This document shows positions 23,218 through 36,984 of a stretch of DNA of 64,000 bases, in pieces (position 1 is the stretch's first letter; each line of letters begins with the position of its first letter). The stretch lies in contig NC_086097.1 in the NCBI RefSeq assembly GCF_963921235.1, positions 26,972,001 through 27,036,000 on the forward strand, given 5' to 3'. The notes below the pieces were generated by a model that ran no database searches, was not told the DNA's origin, and saw nothing but the letters and a program-made list of their open reading frames with translations. Source of the stretch: Mobula hypostoma (Eukaryota). Made by a program: the position numbers and the translations under genes.

Positions 23218-24831
23218 CAGTGTCTATAAAAACTATTCACCCCCCCCCCCCCGGAAGTTTTCAAGTTTTATTCTTTTACAGCATTGAATCACGGTGGATT
23301 TAATTTGGCTTCTCTTAACACTATCAACAGAAAAAATATTGCTTTGTGTCAAAGTGAAAACATCTCTACAAAGTGATCTAACTTAATTACAAATGTAAGT
23401 CACAAAGTAATTGATTCAATAGTTACTCACCCCCTTCAAGTCAGTATTTAGCAGATGCACCTTTACCAGCAATTACAGCCTTGAGTCTGTGTGAATGAGT
23501 CTCTATCAGCTTTACACATCTGGACACTGCAATTTTTCCCCATTCTTCTTTACAAAACTGCTCTAGCTCTGTCAAATTGCATGGGGATCGTGAGTGAACA
23601 GACCTTTTCAAGTCCAGCCACAGATCCTCAATTGGATTCAGGTCTGGACTCTGACTTGGCCACTCCAGGACATGAACTTTGTTGTTTTTTAAGCCATTCC
23701 CGTGTAGCTTTGTCTTTATGCTTGGGGTCATTGTCTTGCTGGAAAACAAATTTTCTCCCAAGTCACAGTTCTCTTACAGACTGCATCAGGTTTTCCTCCA
23801 GGATTTTCCTGCATTTTGCTGCATTCATTTTACCCTCTGCCTTCACAAGCCTTCCAGGGCCTGCTGCAGTGAAGCATCCCCACAGCATGACGCAGCCACC
23901 ACTATGCTTCATAGTAGGAATGTTGTGTTTTTGATGATGTGTGGTGTTTGGCTTATGCCAAATATAGGGTTTAGTTTGATGGCCAAAAAGCTCAACTTTG
24001 GTTTCATCAGACTGTAGAACCTTCTCCCAGCTGACTTCAGAGTCTCCCACAAGCCTTTTGATAAACTCTAGCCAAGATTTCATGTGAGTTTTTTTCAACA
24101 ATGTGTTTCTCTTTGCCACTCTCGCATAAAGCTGAGACTTTGTGCAGTCTCTCCCATCTCAGCCACTGAAACTTGTAACTCCTCCAGAGTTGTCATAGGT
24201 TTCTTGGTGGCCTCCCTCACTAGTCCCCTTCCTGCACAATCACTCAGTCTTTGAGGACAGCCTGCTTAGGGCAGATTTACAGCTGTGCCATATTCTTTCC
24301 ATTTCTTGATGATTGACTTAACTGTACTCCGAGGGATATTTATTGACTTGGAAGTTATCTTGTATCCATCTCCTGACTTGTGCTTTTCAATAATCTTTTC
24401 ACGGGCCTGCTTGGAGTGTTCTTTTGTCTTCATGGTGTAATTTTTGCCAGGACACTGACTCACCAGCAGTTGGACCTTCCAGAGACAACTGTGTTTTTAT
24501 TATAATCAATCGAAACACCGTGACTGCACACAGGTCTCCAAATACAAACCTCCATTTAACTAATTATGTGACTTCTAAAACCAATTGGCTGCACCAGTGA
24601 TGACTTGGTGTGTCATATTAAAGGGGGTGAATACATACACAATCAATTTTATGTTTTGTATTTGTAATTAATTTAGATCGCTTTGTAGAGATCGGTTTTC
24701 ACTTTGACACAAAGGAGTCTTATATGTTCATCGGTGTAAAAAAAGTCAAATTAAATCCACTATGATTTAATGTTGTAAAACAATAAAACATGAAGACCTC
24801 CAAGAGGGGTGATTACTTTTTATAAGTACTA
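23218..24831 (-). mobile_element. Near full-length Tc1/mariner transposon with disrupted DD34E-type transposase
   Basis: Termini TA|CAGTG...TACTA|TA with ~210-bp IR/DR-type TIRs. Protein fragments: HKSGDGYKITSK, WEKVLQSDETKVELFG, KHSGGCVMLWGCF, WPSQSPDLNPIEDLW, LKAVIAGKGASAKY. Several frameshifts. Confidence 0.92.
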
Positions 24832-24904
24832 TACCGTGTCAAAACCCTTACACTCTATTTGTCTGAACGGTTTCTTTGTGAATGCAACACTATGTTCTGC
24901 ATAG

Positions 24905-25030
24905 ACACAAGGTATTCTGCAGATGCTGGAAATCCAGAGCAACACATACGAAACATTGGAGGACCTCAGCAAGCCAGGCAGCATCTAAGAAGAGGATTAA
25001 ACAGTTGAAGTTTCAGGCTGAGACCCTTCA
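24905..25030 (-). mobile_element. Penelope-derived short element (truncated at the hammerhead)
   Basis: Reads CTGCAGATGCTGGAAATCC...GTTTCAGGCTGAGACCCTTCA. Confidence 0.7.
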
Positions 25031-25924
25031 CCTCCCCTTGTGTGGCATGATCTGTGTGAATGGCACACAAACAAAGCTGCTCACTGTATCTTGGTTTGTG
25101 TGACAATACCAAACCAATTATCAATTACTACCTAGATTGGGGGATCGTGGGTTCATCTTCTAGCACATGAGAAGTCCGTGCTTGAGAATATGGGATGCTT
25201 CGTCTGTTTGCTTTGTCTGGAAGGGAGGAGAGTACTCACTGTCATGGACTCTGCCCTCCCACTGGTGAATATGTTCATTGGGCAAGCTGCACCCTGATGC
25301 CCGTCTCTGTTCAGTGCCGCCAGCTGTTCTGTGATGTGTGCCGGTGCTCAGGAGGTTAATAAACACTCCTCAGTGCATCGCCCATGGGCGACTTCAATGA
25401 AGTAGCATTGTTAATATTGGATGGGTGGGTGAGAGGGGAAGGGGTGTGCGGGTGATGGAGGAGGGAGATGGGGGAGGAAGATGGGAGGGTGTGAGTGGAG
25501 GGGTGGAAGGAGATGGGGAGGGACATGAGAAGGGAGGGGAGGGTGTAGGGGAGAAGGGGAGGAGAAGAGGGGAGGGGAATGTATAGGGGAGATTGGAGAG
25601 AGAGGTGGGGGGGAAACTGGAGAGAGCCAAATGGACTCTCTCACCAGGATGATCTTATGAGATCAGGTGGACACACTCCGATGTCCTGGGAGCCCTCGCC
25701 TATGATCTCCCTCCTGATCCCATTCCACTGGTTACCCAGCACCTCACCGTGTCCCACACGCCCTGCCCTCAGCTACAGAAGGGAGAACAGGCTCTTTCTT
25801 CCCTGACTGGACGCAAGTCACACTAACGCACTTCCTCCCCGATGTGCAAAAGAGCTTGGGCAGAAGTGTGCACACGCAAATTATGTGTAGTGTGCAAGGA
25901 CGTGACTGAGTGTGTGCGGGACTC

Positions 25925-27040
25925 AAGCTTGGCCTCAATACCTCCTCGTGCAATTGGATCCCCGATTCCCTCATGTAAAACCCCAGACAGTTCAACATCT
26001 CCTCCGCAATCTCCATCAGCACAGGTGCACACAAAGCTGTGTGCCTAACCTCCTGCAATACTCACATCATGCTTCTGACTGTGAGACTGAGCACAGTTCC
26101 AATGCCATATTTAAGTTTGCTGACGACACTATCATTGTTGACAAAATCAAAGGTGGTGATAAATCAGCATGTAGGAGTGAGATTGAAAAGCTGGCCAAGT
26201 GGTGCCACAACAACAACCTCTCGCTCACTCAACGTCAGCAAGACCAAGGAGCTGATTATTCACTTCAGGAGAGGGAAACCACAGGTCCATGAGCCAGTCC
26301 TCATAGGGAGATCAGAGGTGGAGAGGGTCCTCAACTTTAAATTCCCCTGTGTTACCATTTCCTGGGCCCAGCACGTAAATGTATTCTTAGAAGTTTGTGA
26401 AAATTTGGCACGGCATCTAAAACTTTTACTAACTTCTATAGATGTTTGGTGGAGAATATATTGACCAGTTGCATCATGGCCTGGTATGGAAACAGTTATG
26501 ACATTGAATGGAAAATCCTATAAAAATTAGTGGATATGGCCCAGTCCATCCCAGGTAAAGACCTCCCCTCCATTGAGCACTTCTACATGGAGCGCTGCCA
26601 CAGGAAAGCAGCATCCATCATCAGGGACCCCCACCACCCAGGCCATGCTGTCTTCTCACTGAGCTCAACAAAAAGAAGGTCCCAGGACACACACTACCAG
26701 GTCCAGGAACAGTTGTTACCCCTCAACCATCAGGCTCTTGTACCGGTGGGGATAACTTCACTCACCCATCACTGAACTGTTCTCATAGCCTGTGGACTCA
26801 CTTTCAAGGACTCTTCATCTCAAGTTCTCAATATTTATTGCTTATTTATTTTTTTTCTCTTCTTTATTTGCAAAGTTTGTTGTCTTTTGCTCATTGGTTG
26901 TTTGTCCACCCCATTGGGCGCAGTCTTTCATTGATTCTGTTGTGGTTCTTGGATTTACTGAGAATGTCTGCAAAAAAAAATGAATCTCAAGGTTGTTTAT
27001 GGTGACATATATGTACTTTTTGCAATAAATTTACTTTGAA
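25925..27040 (+). mobile_element. Rex1/Babar LINE RT plus 3' end, degenerate
   Basis: Translation includes SNAIFKFADDTIIV, LNVSKTKELIIHFRR and ASIIRDPHHPGHAVFSL. Tail AATAAATTTACTTTGAA. Confidence 0.85.
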
Positions 27041-27205
27041 TGTGGGGAAGAATGGAACCAGACTGTCTCTGTGAACTGCCCAGTAGAAAGCCGGCTTCTA
27101 CAGGGAGCAGCTGGGGGCTCGGGTGCTGTGGGTCCCTCCGAGAGCTTGTGTCTACAGACAGGAGTGAACATCTCCAAGAACAGTCTGAGGGCTCAAGAAC
27201 GCAAG

Positions 27206-27800
27206 TGAAGCACTCTGGTTCCTCGGCTGCGTAAGTCCAGGGAAGACAATCTCAGGCCTCTCCAAACGTGGGAGATTGAGGTGCGAGCCCCCTCTCCCAA
27301 ACCCCAGTTTGTGTCGATGCTGTGTAATTCACTACCCTGTTACAAATTAATGCCACAAAATAACAGACAGCACACTGTATACGATTAAAGGAATTATATT
27401 TATGAATCTTAACTGAAGGGTTAGTAAAGAATAACAGAAAAGAAAAGGGCCCATTCTAATTAAACAGTCAAATGTCAGTCACGCACTGAGCTCTCGGTCA
27501 ACGTGAACACCCACACCACCTTCCGAACGTCGCTTGCAATCCATCTCGAACGAACGCTTCTCCCACTGGTTCACCCCAGTGTCTTCTCTCTTCATCTCCT
27601 CTCGAACAAAAGCCCCTAGCCTAACCTTAGTGTCCCCTCACCAAGAAAAACCTCCTGGCAATTGGATGGCTCACATTCAACATCACCTCTCATCTTCAAC
27701 AATAACCCAAACAGGCTGAAAGCAGAACAAACAGCTTTTATGGAGTTGCTAAATGAAATGCCTACAGCATAACAGGAAAGGTGTGAACCGGGGCACTACA
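27206..27800 (-). mobile_element. Solo LTR
   Basis: TG...CA termini with 4-bp TSD CAAG at 27202-27205 and 27801-27804. Shares motifs (TGTAACAGGG...CAGCATC.AC.CAAAC) with the LTR at 32529-35348. Confidence 0.7.
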
Positions 27801-29179
27801 CAAGAATCTGGAACAGAAGTCGGCCGTCATTCAAGATCTTGGTTGATGTTCTATCCTATCACCATTTTAAAAAAAGATTAACTATATTTGTCATGTGTAC
27901 ATTGAAACATAGAGTAAAATGTGTCGTTTGTATCAACAAGCAACTGTTTGAGGATGTGCTGGGAGCAGCCCACAAAGGTTGCCGTGCTTCCTGCACCAAC
28001 ATAGCATGTTATAAATCCTAGAATTGGGTCATTCAGCCCATCTAAACTTCCTCACTTAAAGCACATTACAGCAGTCAATAAGAAAATGTTTGCTTTTAGT
28101 TGATGCCTTTGTAGATTTACAGCCACTGATATGCTTTTTAAAGTGCAGTCACAACTGTGAAGCGAGAAAATCAGAAACCACGAAGATCCCAGCAATAGAT
28201 AATAAGACCATAAAACATAGGAGTAGAATTAGGTCATTTGACCCATCACGTCTGCTCTGTCATTCCATCATGGCTGATTTATTATCCCCCTCAACCCCAT
28301 TCTTCTGCCTTCTCCCTGCAACTGTTGACGCCTTTACTAATCAAAAACCTATCAACCTCAGCTTTAGATATACCCAGTAACTTTTCCTGCACAGACGTCT
28401 GTGGCAATGAATTCTTCAGGTTCTCCACCCTCTGGCTAAAGAAATTCCTCCTCATTACTGTTCCGAAGGGACATCCTTGTATTCCGAGGTTGTCCCCTCT
28501 GGTCCTAGACTCCCCTACTATAGGAAACATCCTCTCCATGTCCACTGTATCTATGTTAGCTCTATTTCAGTAGCTTTCAATGGGATCCCTCTCATTCTTG
28601 GAACCAGACTGGTGTAGCTGTGGAGTTCTCCCTCTGTAACTAGTACATCTCTTCCTGGGTCAGAAGTAGGAAGAGAAGAAAGAAAGGTTAGCTTTATTTG
28701 TCACATGTACATTGAAACAGACAGCAAAATGCATTGCTTGTGTCAAAGCAAACCAACAGGAATTGAGATGGGCTGCCGGCAAGTATTGCCACACTTCCAG
28801 TGCCAACGTGGTGGTTGTCAGTCATGTCAGATGATGACGGCAGACCTGTGTGGGAGAGTTTTAATGTGGAAAAGCCTTTGTGCTGAGGCAGTCCCACTCT
28901 CTCAATCAGGGAAGTCCAGGTCCAGTGGTATGAACAAGGGTCACAAACTGGAGTCTTCCTTGGTTACAGTGGATGACCATGATGTCTTCTGTGCCTTGTC
29001 ACAGCCTTTGTTCTCCGGGCGCAGTCTCACCAAAGCCCCACACTGTTGCAGTAGAACTTTGCCACCTTTCTACTCAAATCGTCTTGTGGTAACATACCCC
29101 GTGACATCGCAGTCACTTGTTGACTTTCAGTGACTTGTAGAGAGTATAAAATGGCTAAGCGTTAGGTACAGATGGATGG

Positions 29180-30565
29180 TTAAAGATGTACAGCACAGAA
29201 ACAGACCCTTCAGCCCATCTGCTCCATGCTGACCACAGCATCCCTTCAAGTTCCAGTTGCCTGTGTTCAGCCTTTAACTCTACAAGCAGCACCCCCACAC
29301 CCTCCATGTACCTATCCAAATTCCTCTTAAACTCTACAAGCACCACCCCTACATCCTCCATGTACCTATCCAAATTCCCCTTAAACTCTACAAGCACCAC
29401 CCCTACACCCTCCATGTACCTATCCAAATTCCTCTTAAACTCTACAAGCACCACCCCCACACTCTCCATGTACCTATCCAAATTCCTCTTAAACTCTACA
29501 AGCACCACCCCCACACCCTCCATGTACCTATTCAAATTCCTCTTAAACGCTACAAGCACCACCCCCACACCCTCCATGTACCTATCCAAATTCCTCTTAA
29601 ACTCTACAGCACCACCCCCACACCCTCCATGTACCTATCCAAATTCCTCTTAAACTCTACAAGCACCACCCCTACACCCTCCATGTACCTATCCAAATTC
29701 CTCTTAAACTCTACAAGCACCACCCCTACACCATGTACCTATCCAAATTCTTCTTAAACTCTACAAGCACCACCCCCACACCCTCCATGTACCTATCCAA
29801 ATTCCTCTTAAACTCTACAAGCACCACCCCCACACCCTCCATGTACCTATCCAAATTCCTCTTAAACTCTACAAGCACCACCCCCACACCCTCCATGTAC
29901 CTATCCAAATTCCTCTTAAACTCTACAAGCACCACCCCTACACCCTCCATGTACCTATCCAAATTCCTCTTAAACTCTACAAGCACCACCCCCACACCCT
30001 CCATGTACCTATCCAAATTCCTCTTAAACATTGCAGTTGTACCCTCCTCAACCTCTCCCTCCAGCTTCTCATTCCATGCGCTCACTCTCTTCTGTGTAAA
30101 GAGGTTACCTCTCAGGTAGCTTTTCAATCTTTTGCCTCTTGTAGCTGTACCCTATCATTTTGGAGTCCCCCAACCCTGGGGAAAAGACTATGACCTCCCA
30201 CCTTATCCATATCTGTCATGATTTTATAAACTTCTGTGAGGTCACACCTCATTTTCCCAAGCTCGAAGCAATAAAGATCCAGCATGGCCAACTTCTCCCA
30301 ATAACTCAGGCCCTCTAGTCCAGGCAGCGTCCTTGAAAAAAACTCTTTTGTGTCTTCACTAGATTGGCGGCGTCTTTCCTATAACAAAACCACAGGTAAT
30401 ACTCCAAGTGCATCCTTACCAATGACTTACATAACTGCAACATAATGTCCCCACTACTGAACTCAATGCCCTGACTGATGGAGGTCAGCATGCTAAACAT
30501 CTTCTTCACCACCCTGTCTACTTGTGTGGCTCCTTTCAGCAATCCCTGCTCTTGTACTCCCATGG
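29180..30565 (-). mobile_element. CR1 3' fragment containing an internal tandem amplification
   Basis: Translation includes QVDRVVKKMFSML, LVRMHLEY and NLFTQKRVSAWNE...FKRNLDRYM. Confidence 0.85.
29274..30028. repeat. 54-bp minisatellite, about 14 copies
   Basis: Unit TTAAACTCTACAAGCACCACCCCCACACCCTCCATGTACCTATCCAAATTCCTC, with few substitutions between copies. Confidence 0.95.
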
Positions 30566-32941
30566 TTGATTGTTAGTCCAGACTCAGTGTGCTGAAGGGC
30601 CTGTCATAAATCTAATCACTGGGTGACACGGTAGTGGCTAGCGAAATGTTTTACCAGCTATAAGATCAGTGCTTATTTCCCCCACTGTCTGTAAGGCGTT
30701 TGTACATTCTCCCTGAGAATGCTTGGCTTTCGTTCAGGTGCTCCGGTTTCCTCCCACAGTCCAAAAGCCATACGAGTTAAGGTTAGTAAGTTGTCGGCAT
30801 GCAGTGTTGGTGCCAGGAGCACAGTGACACTTTCAGGCTGCCCCCAGCACATCCTCAGACTGTACTGGTCGTTGACATAATGACACATTTCAATGTACAT
30901 GTGACAAATGAAACTAATATTTAATCTGATCTGATTCTCAATGACATGCGCTCACCTCAATCCCTGTAATTTAAGGCCACCCAGCTTCTCACCATTGAAC
31001 AATGACAATAATCTCAGCGGGACTGTAAGTTTTGGAGAACATACAGAGAAGGTTTGAGGTGGTTTAAGCTAATTGAGAGAGTTGGCACAGAAGTGGAAAC
31101 CCGCGAGAGTCATGGAGTCATAGTGCACCACAGCACAGAAACAGGCCCTTTGGCCCATCTAGTCCATGCCAAACTGTTATTAAGCCTAATCCCATTGACC
31201 CATACCTGGGCCATCACTCTCCATATCCCTCCCATTCATGTATTTACCGTAACTTCTCTTAAATGTTGCAATCAAACCTACAGCCACTGCTTCCACTGGC
31301 AGATTATTTCACACTCGCACCACTCTCCGAGTGAGGAAGTTCCCTCTTATATTTTTGAATATTTCACCTTTCACCCTTTACCTCTGACCTCTACTCTAGT
31401 CTCACACAAACTTAGTAGAAAAAAAACCTGCTTGCATCTATATTATCTATATCCTTCCTAATTCTGTACACCTCAATCAAATCTCCCTCGTTCTCCTGCT
31501 ATCCAGGGAATAAAGTCTTAATTTATTCAACCTTTCCCTATAACTCAGGTCCTCAAATCTCGGCAACATCCTTGCAAAATATTTCTTTGTACTCTTTGAT
31601 CTCAGTGATATCTTTCGGGCAGGTAGGTTACCAGAAATGTAGGTAGGTGACAAGAATAAACTAGTTTGTATTCCATCTACTACATTCTCGTCCACTGACT
31701 CATCCCGGCTGTGAAGTCTCTGCTGCATTGGGGCTGGAGAAGGTCAATGAAGCAGTTTCAGGTCTGGGACCCTCAAACATGCCCCGAACTTGACTCCTCG
31801 CTGTTCCCTCCCACCACCCTTGTCTTTGTGTAGTTGCTCATTCAGTGCTCTGCGCCAGTTGCCCCTCAAACCGACCTCCACGAGGAATTGACACCAGAAG
31901 AGGCCTTCCCGTTGGACCTTAGCAGTAGAACGAAGGAGGTTGGCTTGGAGACGTCCACAACTTCAAGACTTGCAGCATTTTTATGTGGAAAAAGTGGCTG
32001 TCCATTTGGAGTTGGAATTGGAACTGGTCTGTTATTGTCACGTGCACTGAGATGCAGTGAAAAACTTGACTTGTACACTGTTCATACAGATCAGATCATT
32101 ACACAGTGTATTGAGGCAGAACAAGGTAAAACAATAACAATGCAGAATAAAGTGTAACAGCTACAGAGAAAATGCAGTGCAGGTAAACAATAAGGTGCAA
32201 AATTTTAACGAGGTAGATTGTGAGGTCAAGAGTCCAATGCAGCGTAAAAGCTGTTCTTGTGCCCGGTGGTACATGCTTTCAAGCTTTGTATCTTTTGCCC
32301 AGTTGAAGAGGGCTGAAGAGAGAATGTCTGGGGTGGGTGAGATCTTTGATTGTACTGGCTGCTTTACTGAGGCAGCAAGAAGTATAGACAGAGTCCATGA
32401 AGGGAGGCTGGTTTCCATGATCTGCCGAGCTTTGTCCACAACTCTCTGCAGTTTCTTGCGGCTATGGGCAGAGCAGTTGCCATGCCAAGCCGTAAGGCAT
32501 CTGGATATGATGCTTTATATGTTGCATCTGTAACACGACGTAAGGTTTCACTGCTAAGGTAATGGTTTCCCTGTAGCAGCAGTGTTTGGGTTATGACCAG
32601 AGATAACGGGCCATGCTAGCCAATGAGCGGGATGTTGTTCTTTCTTGTGTGTCTGGGAGAGGGGGATTTCGCAGTCTTTTTGCCGGGTAGAGATGAGGAG
32701 AGAAGACGCGAATGGAGAGAGTTGGTAGACTGCCGGACGGAGTGGACAGAGCAAGGGTCCAAAGGTCAGTGACGATCGGAGGAGGTCGATAGTGGACAAT
32801 CGGCTTATCTGTAAGCTCCAACGTTGCACAATAGACTGTTTCATGAGAAAGGACGCTTTTTCTTTTTTTGTTTTCTTTATTAACCATATAGTCAAATTAA
32901 GAATTATAAACCTCAATCATTTAATCGCATATTGTGTACTG

Positions 32942-35206
32942 TAGGGGTCACCAACCTGTCGATCTTTGAGGCTTTCCCAATAGATCCCGAAGAAAAATCA
33001 AAAATAAATACACAAATACTGTTGTAATGTGACCATTATAAAAGTAAGTAATACTAATTAGGATAATGGTAATATAGCAATATTTTCGCTAAAAAGCTGT
33101 TTGTAAAGAGAGATTGTTTCCGGGTTGTGGGGGTTTAGTTCCGTACTTTCTGCCCAGTGTCATGTCTGTAGTTCCCCCCGCCATGCACCACGTTTTCAGC
33201 GTAGCCTGTGCTGCATCAAAGTGACCGATCAGATTAGATAAGAGTACAGACTGTCGCAAACATCAATATACGTCACTGTCCTCAACCTCCGGGCCGCGAA
33301 GCATGCAGGGGTGCAGCGGTAGTCAGGATGCACACAGCACATCTTTAAGAAAAAAAGCCGAAATAAACAAGCTGATTAATTAGGTGCCGCCCGGCACGTA
33401 AATGTCGGGTCAGGTCAGAGGCAATGCAATCGACAATCACTCGTGATATCCTGATAGCATAGTGGAGGTTCCACGAAAGAAGGCGAAAACATACAAATTC
33501 CATCCAGAATGGGAAGAGGAATTCCTGTTTACCTTGGTGAAAGACAAGTGTGTACGTATGTTGTGCCACCAAACACAAGCACTGACTAAAAGAGGGAATC
33601 TGGAGCGGCACCACAACACCAACCACCAGAAATTTAAAGACACCTACCCCCCAGAGAGCGCAATTCGTGCCAGGAAAGTTGAGCTGAAATCGGGGTTGAA
33701 GGCCCAGCAATCGTTTTTCACAAAGCATGCTGCTCAAAATAAGGCTGCTATTGAAGCATCATTTCGTGTAAGTCACCTTTTGGTCAAACACAAGAAGCCC
33801 TTTACAGATGCCGATTTATGCAAGGAAGCAATGGTCATTACCGCAGAGACTGTTTTTAATGACTTTAAAAACAAAAACGGCATCACAACCGCTATACATA
33901 ATATACGGCTTGGCCCTGCAGCAGTGACAAGGAGGGTAGAGTCACTGTCAGAGGGCGTGAATATTTTTCACTACAGTTCGATGAATCCCTGGATGTAATG
34001 CAAACAGCTCAGCTTGTTGTATTTGTCGGAATGGCTTTCCAGGATTTGACGTTTGTACAACAAAGGAGGACTTCCTCACTCTTTTGCAATTAAAGGAAAG
34101 AACGAGAGGTGAGGATATTTACAATGAGTTTAAAAAAATATGTCCGTGAAAATGACATCCCCATTCATAAACTGGTGGCAATTACTACTGATGGGGCCGA
34201 GCAATGCGCGGTGTGCGCGTTGGTTTTATACCACTAAAAGTCAGTGCCTACTTCGGGTCAACTTATCTGTGTGAAATTGCATTTTCACAGATGAAAATTA
34301 TTAAATCTAAGTACAGGAGCTGACTTACTGACAGACACCTCACTAGAGTTGCCAATTTTCTCACTCCCAAATAATGGACAAAAGTAGCAGTCAAATCCCG
34401 GATCATTTGTGTTTACCCCGAGAAAGACTACCATGACCATGAAGTCTTGTGCGGGTACCTGTGTGCGCATGCGCATACGTGCTGAATTTTTTTTACCCCA
34501 TGAATCGGTTTTGGCTTAATTTTCATTATTCGTACTTTATATAGGCTGTGTATTTATTATATCATTCCTGCTTTTACTATATGTTAGTGTTATTTTAAGT
34601 TTTATGTGTTATTTGGTATGATTTGGTAGGTTATTTTTTTGGGTCTGGGAATGCTCAAAATATTTTTCCCATATAAATTAATGGTAATTGCTTCTTCGGC
34701 GTAAAGCATTTCGGCACGAAAGGTTTCATTGGAACGTTCTACCTTAGCGGGGGGAATACGGGACAGTTGGCAACCCTACACCTCACAGACTGTCTCAAAC
34801 TGGCTGTCTGTAGTTATGAGCCAAATTTCAGGGAACTAGCAGAAAGTATTCAGCCCCAGTCATCACACTGAGTGCAACAGTCAATTTTTATTCATTTATT
34901 TTTTGTGTTGAAATAAAACTAAATAATGAAACTTAGAATTAAAGGTGTGAAGTATTGTAATATTCTTAAAGAAAAACAGCTATGGCCTGTTTGATATGCT
35001 AGTTACAGTGTTTTCTTTTTTGAATTAATTTGAAAGTTTGACAGAAGTATTTTTTGTAATTCAAATACAATTCACCCAAATAAAAGGCCTCAAATTGGAA
35101 GTACAATCTGAGCTGTTTTTTTCTCTAAACGATTTAGTAGGTAGATCTTGCCTTTTACTGAGGTCGAGGTAAGGGATCTTGGGCTTAAAAAGGTTGGTGA
35201 CCACTA
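32942..35206 (+). mobile_element. hAT (Charlie/Buster-like) DNA transposon, internally deleted transposase
   Basis: TIRs TAGGGGTCACCAACCT / AGGTTGGTGACCACTA and 8-bp TSD GTGTACTG at 32934-32941 and 35207-35214. Protein fragments: FHPEWEEEFLF...C..C...NLERHH, KHKKPFTD, ITTDG, FGSTYLCEIAFSQMKIIKSKYRS. Confidence 0.92.
34344..34778. mobile_element. hAT-type MITE nested in the transposase C-terminus
   Basis: TIRs TAGAGTTGCCAA / TTGGCAACCCTA and 8-bp TSD CACCTCAC at 34336-34343 and 34779-34786. Confidence 0.88.
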
Positions 35207-35404
35207 GTGTACTGTTTGTTATTTTGCAGTACTGATTTGTAACAGGGGACACATCGCGCAGCATCCACCCAAACGAGATTTCTTAAGTTTGGCCAGACCG
35301 GGGGCTATCATCCCCTATATTGAGCCGCTAGCTGAACTGAGAGTTACACATCGATATTCCACAATGCATTGACAAATATTGGAAGAGTCAATGTGACATG
35401 CCAT

Positions 35405-35700
35405 TGATATGAACACCAATTTCTCCAACTTCTGGTCATTTCTCCCTGCTCCCTCCTTCTCCCTTTTTCCATTCCCCATTTTGGTTCCCCTCTCGCCCCT
35501 TCTCTTCTGTTCAACTGCTCATCACCTCCCCTCTGGTTTCTCTCCTCTTTTTACCTTCTTCCATTGTCCACTGTCCTTTCCTGTCAGATTCTTTCTTCAG
35601 CCCCTTCATCTTTTCCACCTATCACCTCCCAGGTTCTTATTTCATCCCCCCTCACCTGGTCTCACCTATTACCTGCCAGCTTGTACTTGTACCCCCTCAC
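35405..35700 (+). mobile_element. Probable Penelope 3' region (ORF end MNTNFSNF plus pyrimidine-rich tract)
   Basis: The tract CCCCTCACCTGGT.TCACCT also occurs at about 4715-4735, beside a hammerhead-type arm. Confidence 0.5.
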
Positions 35701-36984
35701 ATCAAGTAAGTTCCCTGACTCAAATCTGACCCTTGCTTGAGTCCTATTGACTCATCTTCCCAGCTGGGGGTCCTAATATTCATTGAAAGAAGTATCTGTT
35801 CCTCAGAGTCCCTCTAAACATAGATTTAAATCCACATCCCCAAGTTATTGACCTCTCTGCTGTGGGGAATAAGATCAATGTGTCTAAAACGTGCTGCTGT
35901 CAGCCAGTATCCAATGAAAGGACCTGATGGAAGATCAGCTCTTTGTTCCTCTCCGTAGATGCTGCCTTATGTGCTGGGTTCCTCCAGAATGTTGTGTGCG
36001 TTACTTCAGATTTCCAGCACATGCACAATCTCTTGTGTCCAGTGAAAGGAAGCCTCTTCTTCAACCTCCAAGCCCAACTTCGATATGTGTCAAATCCACC
36101 ATGTTTCAACTTTGTCTCGGACATTTTTTTTGAACCAAGGGCACAGGAGGTTGGCTGAGGGAATGGACAACACTGTGCACCATTAGCAAGCAAATACCAA
36201 GCAGTACTGAGCACCCTTGGAAAAGCTTTGCTGCCTTTTGATTTGCATGGACTTGTCTTTACATCACAACAGAACATGACCTTTGAAGGAGATAAAGATA
36301 AAATAAGTTGGCAAGCTTGATAAACATGTTGCTTATTTAACTGTTCCTATGGAAACAACACAATTAGAGGCTTTTTTAATAAACATTGACAAGCAATGTT
36401 TTCGAGAGACCAGGAATAAAATCACTTTAAACTGGCAACTTTAATTAAATCGTTTTTAAACTTGACATGTTCTTTCTGCAGGTGTGGAGATGGCAGACTG
36501 AATTAAATCGATTATTTACAAGAGATTATGTCTGAAAACTGTTTCCATTTCCTGTCCAATTTGTTGCTCCACTTTTTGTCCCTCCGTTTCTGCCTCCTTC
36601 CCCGGTTCTCCGAGGGTTAACCCTTCATGTACCAAAATGTAGCATGAAGAATTTACCTGACTGACATCAGTGACCCTGGAGTCCAGTCCATTTACTTGTG
36701 GAGATTTGGATTCCTTCGTGCGGGCTGACTCTCTGTGATGTCGGGGGGGAAGACCACACTGTCTGATGGAATGTCTTGGTCCACAGTGTCAGATCCATCT
36801 CATCTTGAAAATAGGATGGGATCTTCTCAGTGTATAAAGGTCCATCAACCCATGGACACTCCCTCGTTATTCCCTTTTATTTTGCGCTATTTATTTATCT
36901 TGTAATTTATAGTAATTTTAAGTCTTTGAACTATATTGCTGCCAGAAAACAACAAATTTCAGGTTATGAGACGGTGATAATGTC

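Larger units (their letters stand above)
32529..35348 (+). mobile_element. Solo LTR (about 550 bp) split by a hAT insertion
   Basis: TGTAAC...GTTACA termini and 4-bp TSD CATC at 32525-32528 and 35349-35352. Confidence 0.85.

Noticed and set aside
29274..30028. CRISPR array or repeat-protein gene
   Set aside because: The units are head-to-tail with no unique spacers, the context is eukaryotic, and the unit derives from CR1 sequence.
33462..33998. Domesticated hAT gene (ZBED/GTF2IRD2/EPM2AIP1-like)
   Set aside because: It retains TIRs and TSD, and it is frameshifted, internally deleted and interrupted by a MITE.
36465..36535. Extra exon at TTCTTTCTGCAG|GTGTGG
   Set aside because: All frames close quickly, no peptide is recognisable, and KCNK13 has already terminated.
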